Below, piece by piece: positions 1-8,597 of a stretch of DNA of 16,987 nt. The stretch's first letter is position 1. Every line of letters starts with the position of its first letter. The notes under the pieces were generated by a model. It was not told the origin of the DNA and made no database searches. It was given only the letters and a program-made list of their open reading frames with translations. Origin of the DNA: Promethearchaeota archaeon (GTDB lineage Archaea; Asgardarchaeota; Lokiarchaeia; Sigyniarchaeales; SOKP01); contig JAFGOA010000102.1 in assembly GCA_016926735.1 (NCBI GenBank), positions 1-16,987 of the forward strand. The letters run 5' to 3'. Position numbers and translations under genes: made by a program.

Positions 1-29
1 ATTGATGAATTATTGATTTATAGATATCC

Positions 30-75
30 TCACTCAATTCATCCCCTCCCTAAAGGAAGGGGTCTTCTTGAGTGA
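30..75 (-). mobile_element. IS200/IS605-family end-like imperfect palindrome (either a left end of an element running off the window or a stand-alone REP/PATE-like insertion)
   Basis: The minus strand reads TCACTCAA-GAAGA-CCCCTTCCT-TT-AGGGAGGGG-ATGAA-TTGAGTGA. It has an 8-bp outer inverted repeat (30-37/68-75) and a GC-rich inner hairpin (43-62) with a T.G wobble. It is a GC island in AT-rich DNA and resembles the GAAGxCCC..CTTTAG..GGGATGAATT ends of IS200/IS605 elements. No transposase is present in the window. Confidence 0.65.
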
Positions 76-397
76 TAAAAGATAAAACAACTAATGAAAT
101 AAGACCTATAACTAGAGAATAAAAGGATTTTTTCTTTATTAATTCATATGACTGTTTTTTAGAGAGATTCTCTAAATATTTGATTGATATCTTATGTTTA
201 AGATTATGTATTCCAATAATCTGTACTCTATCTGAGGGTTGTTCGTTGTGGTTCAATTTTCTAGAGGTACATAGATAGATTTTATTATTATCATCCTCAA
301 CATAAAAGCTGTTTTAATTTGCATAATTTTTAATTATGCCTTCAAGACTTATTTTTCTTTTTTTAATTTTTAAGCACCAAATTGCTATTTTTTTCAA
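50..397 (-). pseudogene. Disrupted small membrane-anchored protein, possibly OB-fold-like with a C-terminal TM helix
   Basis: The 50..256 ORF extends in frame upstream to a TTG at 395-397 through one TAA at 314-316 (MKKIAIWCLKIKKRKISLEGIIKNYAN*NSFYVEDDNNKIYLCTSRKLNHNEQPSDRVQIIG...SLVIGLISLVVLSF). The last codons (TQEDPFL*) come from the palindrome. Confidence 0.4.
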
Positions 398-519
398 TAT
401 AAAAAGAAGGGTAGAGATTATATATAAAATAATCACGACTAAATTTCTAAAAATTAGAAAAAAAATTTTTTATGTTAAATAAAATAATTAAAATTATTTT
501 GAACATTTAATCTGATAAT

Positions 520-1230
520 ATGGAAAAAATAAATTTGGATAATTATAAAGGAGTAATTTTCGATTTAGATGGTGTTATTTATAATATAATTAATGCCATT
601 AAAAAAGCTGTGGAAGATGTCATTAAAAAATACAACCTCAATATTGATATTGAGAGCGTTTTAGAGGAAATTGCCCATTTAATTGAAGAAATTCAACATT
701 ATCCTGTTCCTAAAATAATATTAAAATCGTATGATCTCTTAAACCTTAATTTTTTAAAAGATCTGACTTTTATGAAAAAAGTAAGGATAGCAGTTTTTTT
801 ATTTAATCAATTTAATATATATCGGGAAGAAGCAGGGTTATTTGAGGGCATTGAAGATATTATTATAAAATTAAAGAAGAAAAATATTAATCTAGCTATT
901 TTAACAAATAATCAAAAAACATATGCCGATGAAGTACTTGAAAGATATAATCTTAAAAAATATTTTAAGACTTTAGTTGGATTTAATGAAGTTTCACAAG
1001 TTAAACCAAATCCTGAAGGAATAATTAAGATTATGAAAACATGGAATTTAGATCCTGATGAAGTAATTTTTATTGGAGATATGACAACTGATATCCAAGC
1101 AGGAAAGGCAGCTGAAGTAACAATGATTTGTGTAGCTAGTGGCCTAGCTAAAAAAATTGATCTTGAAAAACATAAACCAAATTTTCTTGTTAATAATACA
1201 GAAGAATTGAAACAATTATTTGACTTCTAA
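520..1230 (+). CDS. HAD-superfamily hydrolase (phosphoglycolate phosphatase/PpaX-like, subfamily IA)
   Basis: Motif I IFDLDG, motif II ILTNN, motif III KPNPEG, motif IV IGDMTTDIQAG; helical cap between motifs I and II. Confidence 0.92.
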   Translation: MEKINLDNYKGVIFDLDGVIYNIINAIKKAVEDVIKKYNLNIDIESVLEEIAHLIEEIQHYPVPKIILKSYDLLNLNFLKDLTFMKKVRIAVFLFNQFNIYREEAGLFEGIEDIIIKLKKKNINLAILTNNQKTYADEVLERYNLKKYFKTLVGFNEVSQVKPNPEGIIKIMKTWNLDPDEVIFIGDMTTDIQAGKAAEVTMICVASGLAKKIDLEKHKPNFLVNNTEELKQLFDF

Positions 1231-1267
1231 AAAAATAGATTCTTGATTTATTTTTTCTATTTTTTTA
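1228..1267. terminator. Putative bidirectional terminator between convergent genes
   Basis: 12-bp inverted repeat TAAAAAAATAGA (1228-1239) / TCTATTTTTTTA (1256-1267), with T runs on both strands, between the HAD and glycosyltransferase stops. Confidence 0.4.
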
Positions 1268-1307
1268 AAATAAAAAAAAAAGATGATTAGATTTCTTATT
1301 ATTGAAT

Positions 1308-3260
1308 TTAAATATTTAAAAATTGTATTTTCTTAGTTTGTTTCCTTTTCTTTATAATATAATATATCTCCCAAATAAACAATATTAAGAAATATACATA
1401 TCGAGAAATAGATATTATAATGATTAATAAGAGAATCATGATTATAAAGACATTTTTTTCTTTCCAGGTTTTGTTTTTAGGAGGAAATATATTTTTTTTG
1501 ATACAATCCTGTTTAAATCCGATATACAGTGCTAAAATGGGCATTAGAAGGAGCAAATAATATTTATATGATCCACGTGGATAAAATATATGCATGCTTA
1601 TGATTAAGATGAGACACCAAAAGAATAGATTATAAGAGTTAAATGCTTTTTGTGTATTATCATCCATTTTTATTAAAGTTCTTTTAGATTCACGCAAATA
1701 GCTAATATATATCATTATTAATGCTAAGATAAAGGGTATCCAATAAATTATTGCATAAGCAATTATGTCTTGAATAAACACGGGAAATTTAAGACCTACA
1801 AAAAAGGAATCAAAGTTTATCGGAAATGACGGATGTAAGATTTTTATATATTCTATACTAAAGCTAACTGGATCAAAAAATACATAGTTGATTATACGGC
1901 TGAAATCCGTAATTAGGAAGGGTATAAAGAGACTAAATGATACAGCAAGAAAGATAAAACCATATTTAAAACAAATCCTAAAGAATAAAAATATTTTTTT
2001 GATTATTTTATTTTCAAAGTTCCCTTTATTTTTGTAATTAGAATAAATGGTTATTATAAATAAGGGTATGAAAATAATTACAAATTGTTTGTAAAGAAAT
2101 GCTATACCTAATGAAATCATAGCCAGATAATATTTATTTATTATGTATTTTCTAATTCTTATTTTTTCATTTGGATTTAGAATAAAAGACAATGCCAATA
2201 CTATAAAAAAAATAAATGGTGCTGTATTTAACCAACAAAGACTTCCATAGAATAAGGAAAATGGATTAAGAAAGTAGAATAAAATACATCTATTAGAGGT
2301 TTTTTGATTTAAATTTCTTTTTTTACAGATTAAATATATTAATAATCCAGTCCCGATATGATATAAAAATATCGGGATACCAACTTTCCAAAGAGGAATT
2401 CCAGGAATTATATAGAATGGAAATAATGTAATTATGAATAATGGACCATATTGATATCCTTGTAAATCTCCAGAATAAAGATTCAAAAATCCACTTTCTG
2501 CAAAAGGTTCCATCCAACCTAAATAATGATATTCAAAATCATAATAAAACTCTGTTGATGTAAGTTCCCACGTATTAACTGTTAAATCAAATAATGATCG
2601 AAAAGATATACGCATCAAATCAGATAATAAGAACCATCTAAAGAAAAATAGCTCTGTACTAACAAATATTCCAATTAACATTGTTCGTTTCCAATTTCTT
2701 TCACTCCAAAAATAAATTATAAAACTAATGAAGATAAAAGCCGCTCCAATCGCAATTATAAGTATACTCCAATCATATAAAACCATTGAAATTGAAATGT
2801 AATTAAATCCAACAATAGTAATATTTGAATCTGTATTGTTAATTAACAGATGATATTCTTGATAATGATCACTTGAAATTTCTATTACACTTGAATATGA
2901 AAACCACGTCATACTTCCATTTCCAAAGAAATAATTCGTTAAATCATCAAAATTTTTAAGACAAGATTTTGTATCAATTAGTTCGATTGTTCCATTAATA
3001 AAAGATTCATATTGAGATGAATTTAAAAATCTTACAGTAATATTATTAGGGATCATGTATAAATCAATATCTACTGCCATTCTATAGTCTTGTCTTGTAA
3101 GAGATTGATCTAATTTAATATTTTCATGATAAAGCTCATTTGGAGAAATATCTAATTTTCTGACATGGGTCTGCATTGGATCAATAAAGTGCATAAGAAA
3201 ACCCATTGAGATAATAATTATTCCTAAAATCAAGAAAATTGAAAAAAAATTTTTCTTCAT
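1308..3260 (-). CDS. Polytopic GT-C-fold glycosyltransferase (GT87/DUF2029/PIG-M-like) with an N-terminal extracellular domain
   Basis: Many hydrophobic segments. GT-C-like motifs: YYDF after a TM, LY..YQYGPLF, FYFLNPF, GIAFLYKQF, FIPF, KYYLLLLMP. An N-terminal signal anchor is followed by a soluble region of about 130 aa. Confidence 0.7.
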   Translation of the reverse strand: MKKNFFSIFLILGIIIISMGFLMHFIDPMQTHVRKLDISPNELYHENIKLDQSLTRQDYRMAVDIDLYMIPNNITVRFLNSSQYESFINGTIELIDTKSCLKNFDDLTNYFFGNGSMTWFSYSSVIEISSDHYQEYHLLINNTDSNITIVGFNYISISMVLYDWSILIIAIGAAFIFISFIIYFWSERNWKRTMLIGIFVSTELFFFRWFLLSDLMRISFRSLFDLTVNTWELTSTEFYYDFEYHYLGWMEPFAESGFLNLYSGDLQGYQYGPLFIITLFPFYIIPGIPLWKVGIPIFLYHIGTGLLIYLICKKRNLNQKTSNRCILFYFLNPFSLFYGSLCWLNTAPFIFFIVLALSFILNPNEKIRIRKYIINKYYLAMISLGIAFLYKQFVIIFIPLFIITIYSNYKNKGNFENKIIKKIFLFFRICFKYGFIFLAVSFSLFIPFLITDFSRIINYVFFDPVSFSIEYIKILHPSFPINFDSFFVGLKFPVFIQDIIAYAIIYWIPFILALIMIYISYLRESKRTLIKMDDNTQKAFNSYNLFFWCLILIISMHIFYPRGSYKYYLLLLMPILALYIGFKQDCIKKNIFPPKNKTWKEKNVFIIMILLLIIIISISRYVYFLILFIWEIYYIIKKRKQTKKIQFLNI

Positions 3261-3284
3261 AGTATTTTTATTAGATTTCGGTTA

Positions 3285-3293
3285 ATATATAAA
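3285..3293 (-). promoter_or_regulatory. Candidate archaeal TATA box for the glycosyltransferase (leaderless spacing)
   Basis: TTTATATAT on the minus strand 25-33 nt upstream of the ATG at 3260. Weak evidence in AT-rich DNA. Confidence 0.3.
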
Positions 3294-3372
3294 TCAATCA
3301 ATAAAAAATTTGAATATACTTGCATCAAGGATTAAATTAAGAATAGTATAAAAATAGTCAAAAAATTATGAC

Positions 3373-4503
3373 CTATTTTATTATTTCTTCAATGAGTTTA
3401 AAATTTAGAAAATATAGTTTTTTATCAGAGCACTTTTTTAATACTATAAGATTATTTTCTTCTAGCTTGCTAAGATATTTTTTTACAGTGTTAAAATGCA
3501 TTTTTAGTTCTTTTGTTATCTGATAGATTGTTGTACCAAGATCATTAGATTTAAGATATTGAATAATATTATTACTTTTTTTATTTGAAAGTAAATAGTA
3601 TAATTCTTTTAATTCCTTGTTGATATTTAAATCAAAATAGAGTTTTTTACTGTATACTTTTAACTCTTGAATTAAATTAAATTTAATAAGCATATCAATA
3701 TGCCATTTAGCTATAAAGATATTTAAATCTAATGATATGACTATATCATTTAAATACGTACCGGGATTTTGTTTAATAAATTCATATATAATATTACGAT
3801 TAATATTTTCAAGGATATTTGATTTAATTAACTTGGATCCATCCGATATGATTTTTTTATCTTCTAAACACTTTAAAATTTCTTTAATTCCATTGCTATT
3901 AAGATTAATATTCATTTTATTAATCCTATTGAGTAGATATGGTAATATCTTTTCAAAACTAAAGCATTTATTTTTATCCAGATAGTCTTTTATTAAATCT
4001 ATAAAAATATCTTCAATTTCAGCTTGAGTTTGAAAAGATATTTGATAGTAGGTATTTAGGTTTTTTAACTCTGAAAAATCATGCTTTTTTAATCCTTTTT
4101 TTGACGTAATTACCATCAAAATAGAACTTAGGAGTAAAAATGATGTAATAATTATCACATTATAAAGAGTTGAATTACTTATATTTGAAGTACAATCAGA
4201 TGAATATAAGATATAAATATCTAATAAATCAGTATTATCTGCCCTATTAGAATTTTTATTGATATTTTTTAATTCATAATAGTTAAGATTAATCGTTCCA
4301 TAATTAAAATGTAGAGATTTTTCGAATATGATATGCTCTATTAAAAATTTAGGTTGTTCGTCTTCACTTGTTTTTTCCATAGATATAGAATCAGGAAGAA
4401 AAATATTGAATATGATGAAAGGAACTAACAATATAAAGAATAAAAAAATAATCCTTTTTTTTTTCTCTCTTGAATTAATTTTATCTATTCTCAAAAAGAC
4501 CAT
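3373..4503 (-). CDS. Membrane-anchored transcriptional regulator with two TM helices and tandem C-terminal winged helix-turn-helix domains
   Basis: TM1 IIFLFFILLVPFIIFNIFL; TM2 VIIITSFLLLSSILMVI. wHTH1 ILENINRNIIYEFIKQNPGTYLNDI...AKWHIDMLIKFNLI; wHTH2 IIQYLKSN..GTTIYQITKELKMHFNTVKKYLSKLEENNLI. Confidence 0.8.
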   Translation of the reverse strand: MVFLRIDKINSREKKKRIIFLFFILLVPFIIFNIFLPDSISMEKTSEDEQPKFLIEHIIFEKSLHFNYGTINLNYYELKNINKNSNRADNTDLLDIYILYSSDCTSNISNSTLYNVIIITSFLLLSSILMVITSKKGLKKHDFSELKNLNTYYQISFQTQAEIEDIFIDLIKDYLDKNKCFSFEKILPYLLNRINKMNINLNSNGIKEILKCLEDKKIISDGSKLIKSNILENINRNIIYEFIKQNPGTYLNDIVISLDLNIFIAKWHIDMLIKFNLIQELKVYSKKLYFDLNINKELKELYYLLSNKKSNNIIQYLKSNDLGTTIYQITKELKMHFNTVKKYLSKLEENNLIVLKKCSDKKLYFLNFKLIEEIIK

Positions 4504-4811
4504 ATCCTAAATTGTCAACAATAATATTCAAAATATATTTTTTTAAAAAATCTTCTATAATTCTATTTTTATAAAAGATAGTTTCCATAAAAAAGTATCA
4601 TTGAAAAATATGAATAATGATTTTATCCGTTTACAATATTATAGAGTTTTTTTTATTAAATTCAGAAATTCTGGTTGATAATAAATCAAAATAGTAAATC
4701 AGAAAAATATGAAAAATATTTTTAATTCAAATTATAAAAAATGTATATTTAAAAAATAATCAGAAATAAAATAAATATTAGATAGAAATAAAATTGAAAA
4801 TTAAGATGAAC

Positions 4812-7070
4812 TTATGTTTTCTTATAGATATATCTTTCCCAAGATTTTGCAGTAGGAAGTTCTTCTTTCATAGCTTTTCTTTTTCGAATATCTAGAATAA
4901 GATTTTCTTCAATACTTCTTGGTACTTGTTCAAATCCTGAGAATTCATATCCAAAAAAGGCTCTTCCTTGAGTTGAACTTCTGATTTCATCCGCAATTCC
5001 TAATGTCTCACTAGCAGGTAATTGACCTTCAACAATGACATATTCACCTTGAGGTTTTACATTATTTACTTTACCTCTATGTTTACTAATTATTGCGAGC
5101 ACACCTGGTTCTGTTCCTTGTGGTGTCTTTACATCTATTTTTTGAATAGGTTCAAATAAATGTGGTCCAGCCTCGAGCATAGATAAAGATAATGCAGCAG
5201 TTACCATTTGGGCAATTTGTCCATATCCTGTATGAGCAGGATCTTCATGGATATCCATATCTGTGAAAACTGCTTTTATACCCATTCCGGGTTCTTTAGC
5301 CATAATACTTGCATCAACCCAATCTCTAAAACAAGCTGTTAAATATGATTTCACACGATCAAATCTTTGTAAACCTTTAGTACCATTAACTATAAGATTT
5401 CCATTGTACACATCAACAACTTTTTTAGCCTCTTTTGCATCCCAATCAGCCTCATCTCTGAGTATTTGTGCTCTCGTTTTGTTATCCATCAAGTCAGTTA
5501 TTTTTCCAGATTCTAATAAGTGTTCAGTTTTTTCATCTAGTGGTTCAACATACATAATGATTTTATTATGTGAGTTTCCAGATTTGGTATGGAATTCTTG
5601 ACCCTTTTTAGTAAGTTTTTCTCGATAAACAATAATAGGTTCACCGATAATAATAGGAACTTGGTTGTTGATTCTCTTGGTTAAAATATCTATTTGAAGG
5701 GGATCAATACCTGATAAAATGTATTCTTTACTTTCTTTATCTAATCGAAATTTTGCAGTAGGATCTGCTTGTAACCATTTATTAACGACAGTACCTAATT
5801 TCGCTAAGTCATGAGCGTCTTTCGGTTTAATTGAACGAGATACTACGGCTTCACAAGCATATGAAATTGATTCAAATGAAGGAATTTTATTTTTTTCTTC
5901 TTGATCTTTTGGAACATTATCATTATTTATAAATGTCTCACCAGAAGGGCAAATAAAACCATACATTGCAAATAAATTTCCCGCGGGTACTTTACTCATA
6001 TCTAGGATATCAGTAATTTCCATAACCCCAAGTCTTTTAATCCTACTTGTTGATCTGCTATTAACTAAATATATTGTATCAGATTCATCTAAAGTACCAG
6101 AAAAGACCCGTCCAATAAGAGTTGCCTGGTAGTTTTTTGAAGGATCTAAAAAGATTTTAGTTATCATACCACATAAGGGACCTTTAGGATCACTATTTAT
6201 TAATGCTTGTCCTAATTCAGAATTCAAATCACCAGACCATATTTTTGGAATCCTATATTTAGAAGCTTCAATAGGATTTGGTAAATGATCAACAACCATT
6301 CTTAACATAGATTCATCTAATGGAAGATTTTCTCTTAACCAATCGATCTCCCCTTTGTTGTATTTCTCAAATACCGTAACTGGAGTGTACCCTTTTTCTT
6401 TGAGAAGCTCATAGGTAAATCCCCACCCATGTTTTGCTGAACCTATAGCAACGCTATTTTTTGCAAAATCAACACCCCAATCCTTAAATGCATCTTCTTT
6501 AGGTCTTATTTTCTTAATTAACTCATTAACCTGTTTGGTTATTTCATCAAGTTTTTTATAGGTATCTTCAGGAGAAAGTCTTAATTCACTTATTAACCTA
6601 TCCACTTTATTGATAAATAAGACAGGTTTACATAATTCTTCTCCAACAGAAAGTCTGATATTTGTTTCTGTTTGAGTCATTATTCCTTCTAACGCATCAA
6701 CAAGGATAATTGCACCGTCAGAACCTCTTAATGCTCTTGAAACTTCTCCCGTAAATGAAATATGTCCAGGAGTATCATTAATTTGAAAGATATATTCTTC
6801 TCCTTCAGGATCTCTAGGATCTTTGAAAGATAATAAAACTACGGAAGTGAATATAGTTATTCCGCGTGCTTGTTCTTCATCATCAGAGTCTGTCATTTGG
6901 AGCTGGCCGGCATCTTCAGGTCTCATCAATCCCGCTCGTCTTAACAGATAATCAGACGCTGTGGTTTTTCCATGATCAATATGTGCTACAATCGAGAAAA
7001 TCCTTTTTTTCTCATAAGAACCTTCTGCGATTTCTTTTTGAATTGTATCCGGATTCTTTACTTTTACCAT
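4812..7070 (-). CDS. fusA: Archaeal elongation factor 2 family GTPase, divergent; possibly the aEF-2 paralog
   Basis: G1 AHIDHGKTT, switch I EEQARGITI, G3 DTPGH, G4 NKVD, G5 GSA, domain IV EPIIVYRE, domain V IRSSTQGRAF. The diphthamide loop reads HEDPAHTG. SD-like GTGAT lies upstream. Confidence 0.93.
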   Translation of the reverse strand: MVKVKNPDTIQKEIAEGSYEKKRIFSIVAHIDHGKTTASDYLLRRAGLMRPEDAGQLQMTDSDDEEQARGITIFTSVVLLSFKDPRDPEGEEYIFQINDTPGHISFTGEVSRALRGSDGAIILVDALEGIMTQTETNIRLSVGEELCKPVLFINKVDRLISELRLSPEDTYKKLDEITKQVNELIKKIRPKEDAFKDWGVDFAKNSVAIGSAKHGWGFTYELLKEKGYTPVTVFEKYNKGEIDWLRENLPLDESMLRMVVDHLPNPIEASKYRIPKIWSGDLNSELGQALINSDPKGPLCGMITKIFLDPSKNYQATLIGRVFSGTLDESDTIYLVNSRSTSRIKRLGVMEITDILDMSKVPAGNLFAMYGFICPSGETFINNDNVPKDQEEKNKIPSFESISYACEAVVSRSIKPKDAHDLAKLGTVVNKWLQADPTAKFRLDKESKEYILSGIDPLQIDILTKRINNQVPIIIGEPIIVYREKLTKKGQEFHTKSGNSHNKIIMYVEPLDEKTEHLLESGKITDLMDNKTRAQILRDEADWDAKEAKKVVDVYNGNLIVNGTKGLQRFDRVKSYLTACFRDWVDASIMAKEPGMGIKAVFTDMDIHEDPAHTGYGQIAQMVTAALSLSMLEAGPHLFEPIQKIDVKTPQGTEPGVLAIISKHRGKVNNVKPQGEYVIVEGQLPASETLGIADEIRSSTQGRAFFGYEFSGFEQVPRSIEENLILDIRKRKAMKEELPTAKSWERYIYKKT

Positions 7071-7368
7071 TATAAATCACAAATTATTTTAAATGATTAA
7101 ATTGTATAAATAGAAACTGAATAGTTAAATATTAGAAATGATAAAAGTTTTATTGTATTTATTGACACTCTGCCTTTAATTTTAATACTAACGAAAAAGT
7201 AATGTTAATTACAAGTTTTTACAAGAAAAATTTTTTGATTAAATTTCATACTGATAACTCAATAATTTAAAAAAAAGAATATATTATTCCTTTTTTAATT
7301 GATTATATTTCTCCGAATTGTGGCCTTTTTTGATAAATAAAGAGTTGAAATTATGGAAAACGTTGATA

Positions 7369-8301
7369 TTATTCATTACAATAAGGATCTTTCCGATCTA
7401 AAGAATTATATTTGATTAATCGGTATGCAGGACAGCCTCCGTGACAAGTTTGTATATGATTACACTTACTACATTCAAATGGAAGATCCTCTTTACGTCT
7501 CTCAGTAATTACTTCTTCTATTGTATCATAAATATTCGGATAAAAAGGACATAACGAATATTTATTATCATTTCTGATAAATAATCGTTTTTTACAGCGA
7601 TTACGAGCAATTCCTTCAGAAGGATAATTAATATAATAAAAAACTTCATAAAAAATAATTTCAAATGTTGATGAATTAAACCTATCCGCTTTATCTTTAA
7701 TATATTTAATAATTTCTTGGTATTCAGAAGCAGAATATGGAGTTGGATAATCTTGTATTGGAATATAATGAGAAAAAACGATACTCTCAGCATTGTTTTT
7801 TGCAAAATCAATTAAAGCATCATAATGATCTCGATTTTCTTTAAATACAGTTGTTATAATACTTCGTTTAACTTTGTTTTTAAGACGAGTTAGTAATCCC
7901 TGAATTTTTTCAAACAATTGCGGGAACATTCTATATTCAGTTTGTTTTTCTCCATAAAACTCCATTGAGATATCTACAACATCCATCTTTTCAATATTAC
8001 TTGGTTCAGAAAAGCTTCCATTTGTAATAATACAAAGTCTAAAAGGATATTTAGAAGCAAGATTGATAATATTTTCAATTTCAGGATGAGAAAATGGCTC
8101 TCCTCCTGTAAAAATCACATTTTCAGCATTTAATTCTAATGCTAAATCCAAATTAATTTTAATTTGTTCTAAAGATTTATGTTCTGTTTGATTTCGATCT
8201 AAACGATAACAATGTTTACAATGAAAGTTACAAAAATTAGTAATTTCAATATACACATCTTTAATATCCATACTTTCTCTATCATTTACAATATTATTCA
8301 T
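7369..8301 (-). CDS. Radical SAM protein with compact C-terminal SPASM domain
   Basis: CNFHCKHC (CxxxCxxC), FTGGEP, ITNG. Seven C-terminal Cys: RC-x14-CPF...CSKC-x5-CHGGC...DPYC. The start may be Met1 (8301) or Met11. Confidence 0.9.
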   Translation of the reverse strand: MNNIVNDRESMDIKDVYIEITNFCNFHCKHCYRLDRNQTEHKSLEQIKINLDLALELNAENVIFTGGEPFSHPEIENIINLASKYPFRLCIITNGSFSEPSNIEKMDVVDISMEFYGEKQTEYRMFPQLFEKIQGLLTRLKNKVKRSIITTVFKENRDHYDALIDFAKNNAESIVFSHYIPIQDYPTPYSASEYQEIIKYIKDKADRFNSSTFEIIFYEVFYYINYPSEGIARNRCKKRLFIRNDNKYSLCPFYPNIYDTIEEVITERRKEDLPFECSKCNHIQTCHGGCPAYRLIKYNSLDRKDPYCNE

Positions 8302-8450
8302 TGTCCTTAGTTATTTAAAAGCTGTAAAATATTTTTTATTTTGGATTATATTTTAAAACATTTTTGATAATTTATATATCTTTATTAATGATTTCTTCTA
8401 AATAAACATATAATCTTTCAAATTAGATAATAACTTATTAAGTTTGATTT

Positions 8451-8597
8451 TCATAGACATTTATTTATAAATTTATTATTTCTTAGTAAATGTATTATAA
8501 TAAGTAAAAGATTTATAAGAAATATTATTAAAATAGCCAGAAAAGCTTTATTATGATTATTTCCTGAATTATTTAAAGTATTTTTATAATTTGACAT
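8451..8597 (-). CDS. Possible 48-aa single-TM small protein or remnant of a larger membrane protein
   Basis: Hand translation MSNYKNTLNNSGNNHNKAFLAILIIFLINLLLIIIHLLRNNKFINKCL*. Another hydrophobic stretch (KNHKFFLFFILIFIVLFFIS) lies in frame upstream without an ATG. AT-rich DNA makes such ORFs by chance. Confidence 0.25.
   Translation of the reverse strand: MSNYKNTLNNSGNNHNKAFLAILIIFLINLLLIIIHLLRNNKFINKCL

Noticed and set aside
2323-2517. 64-aa alternative-frame ORF inside the glycosyltransferase
   Set aside because: Nested in a well-supported CDS, with no motifs.
3737-4510. Plus-strand ORFs 3737..3985 and 4328..4510
   Set aside because: Antisense shadows of the wHTH regulator gene.
4600-4800. 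Recurring TCAGAAA / GAAAAATAT words upstream of the wHTH gene
   Set aside because: Short, irregularly spaced and expected by chance in very AT-rich DNA; not a CRISPR array or a supportable operator.
5263-7075. Plus-strand ORFs 5263..5601 and 6866..7075
   Set aside because: Antisense to EF-2, with no recognisable features.
7518-7811. 97-aa hydrophobic ORF inside the radical SAM gene
   Set aside because: Alternative-frame artefact of AT-rich codons.
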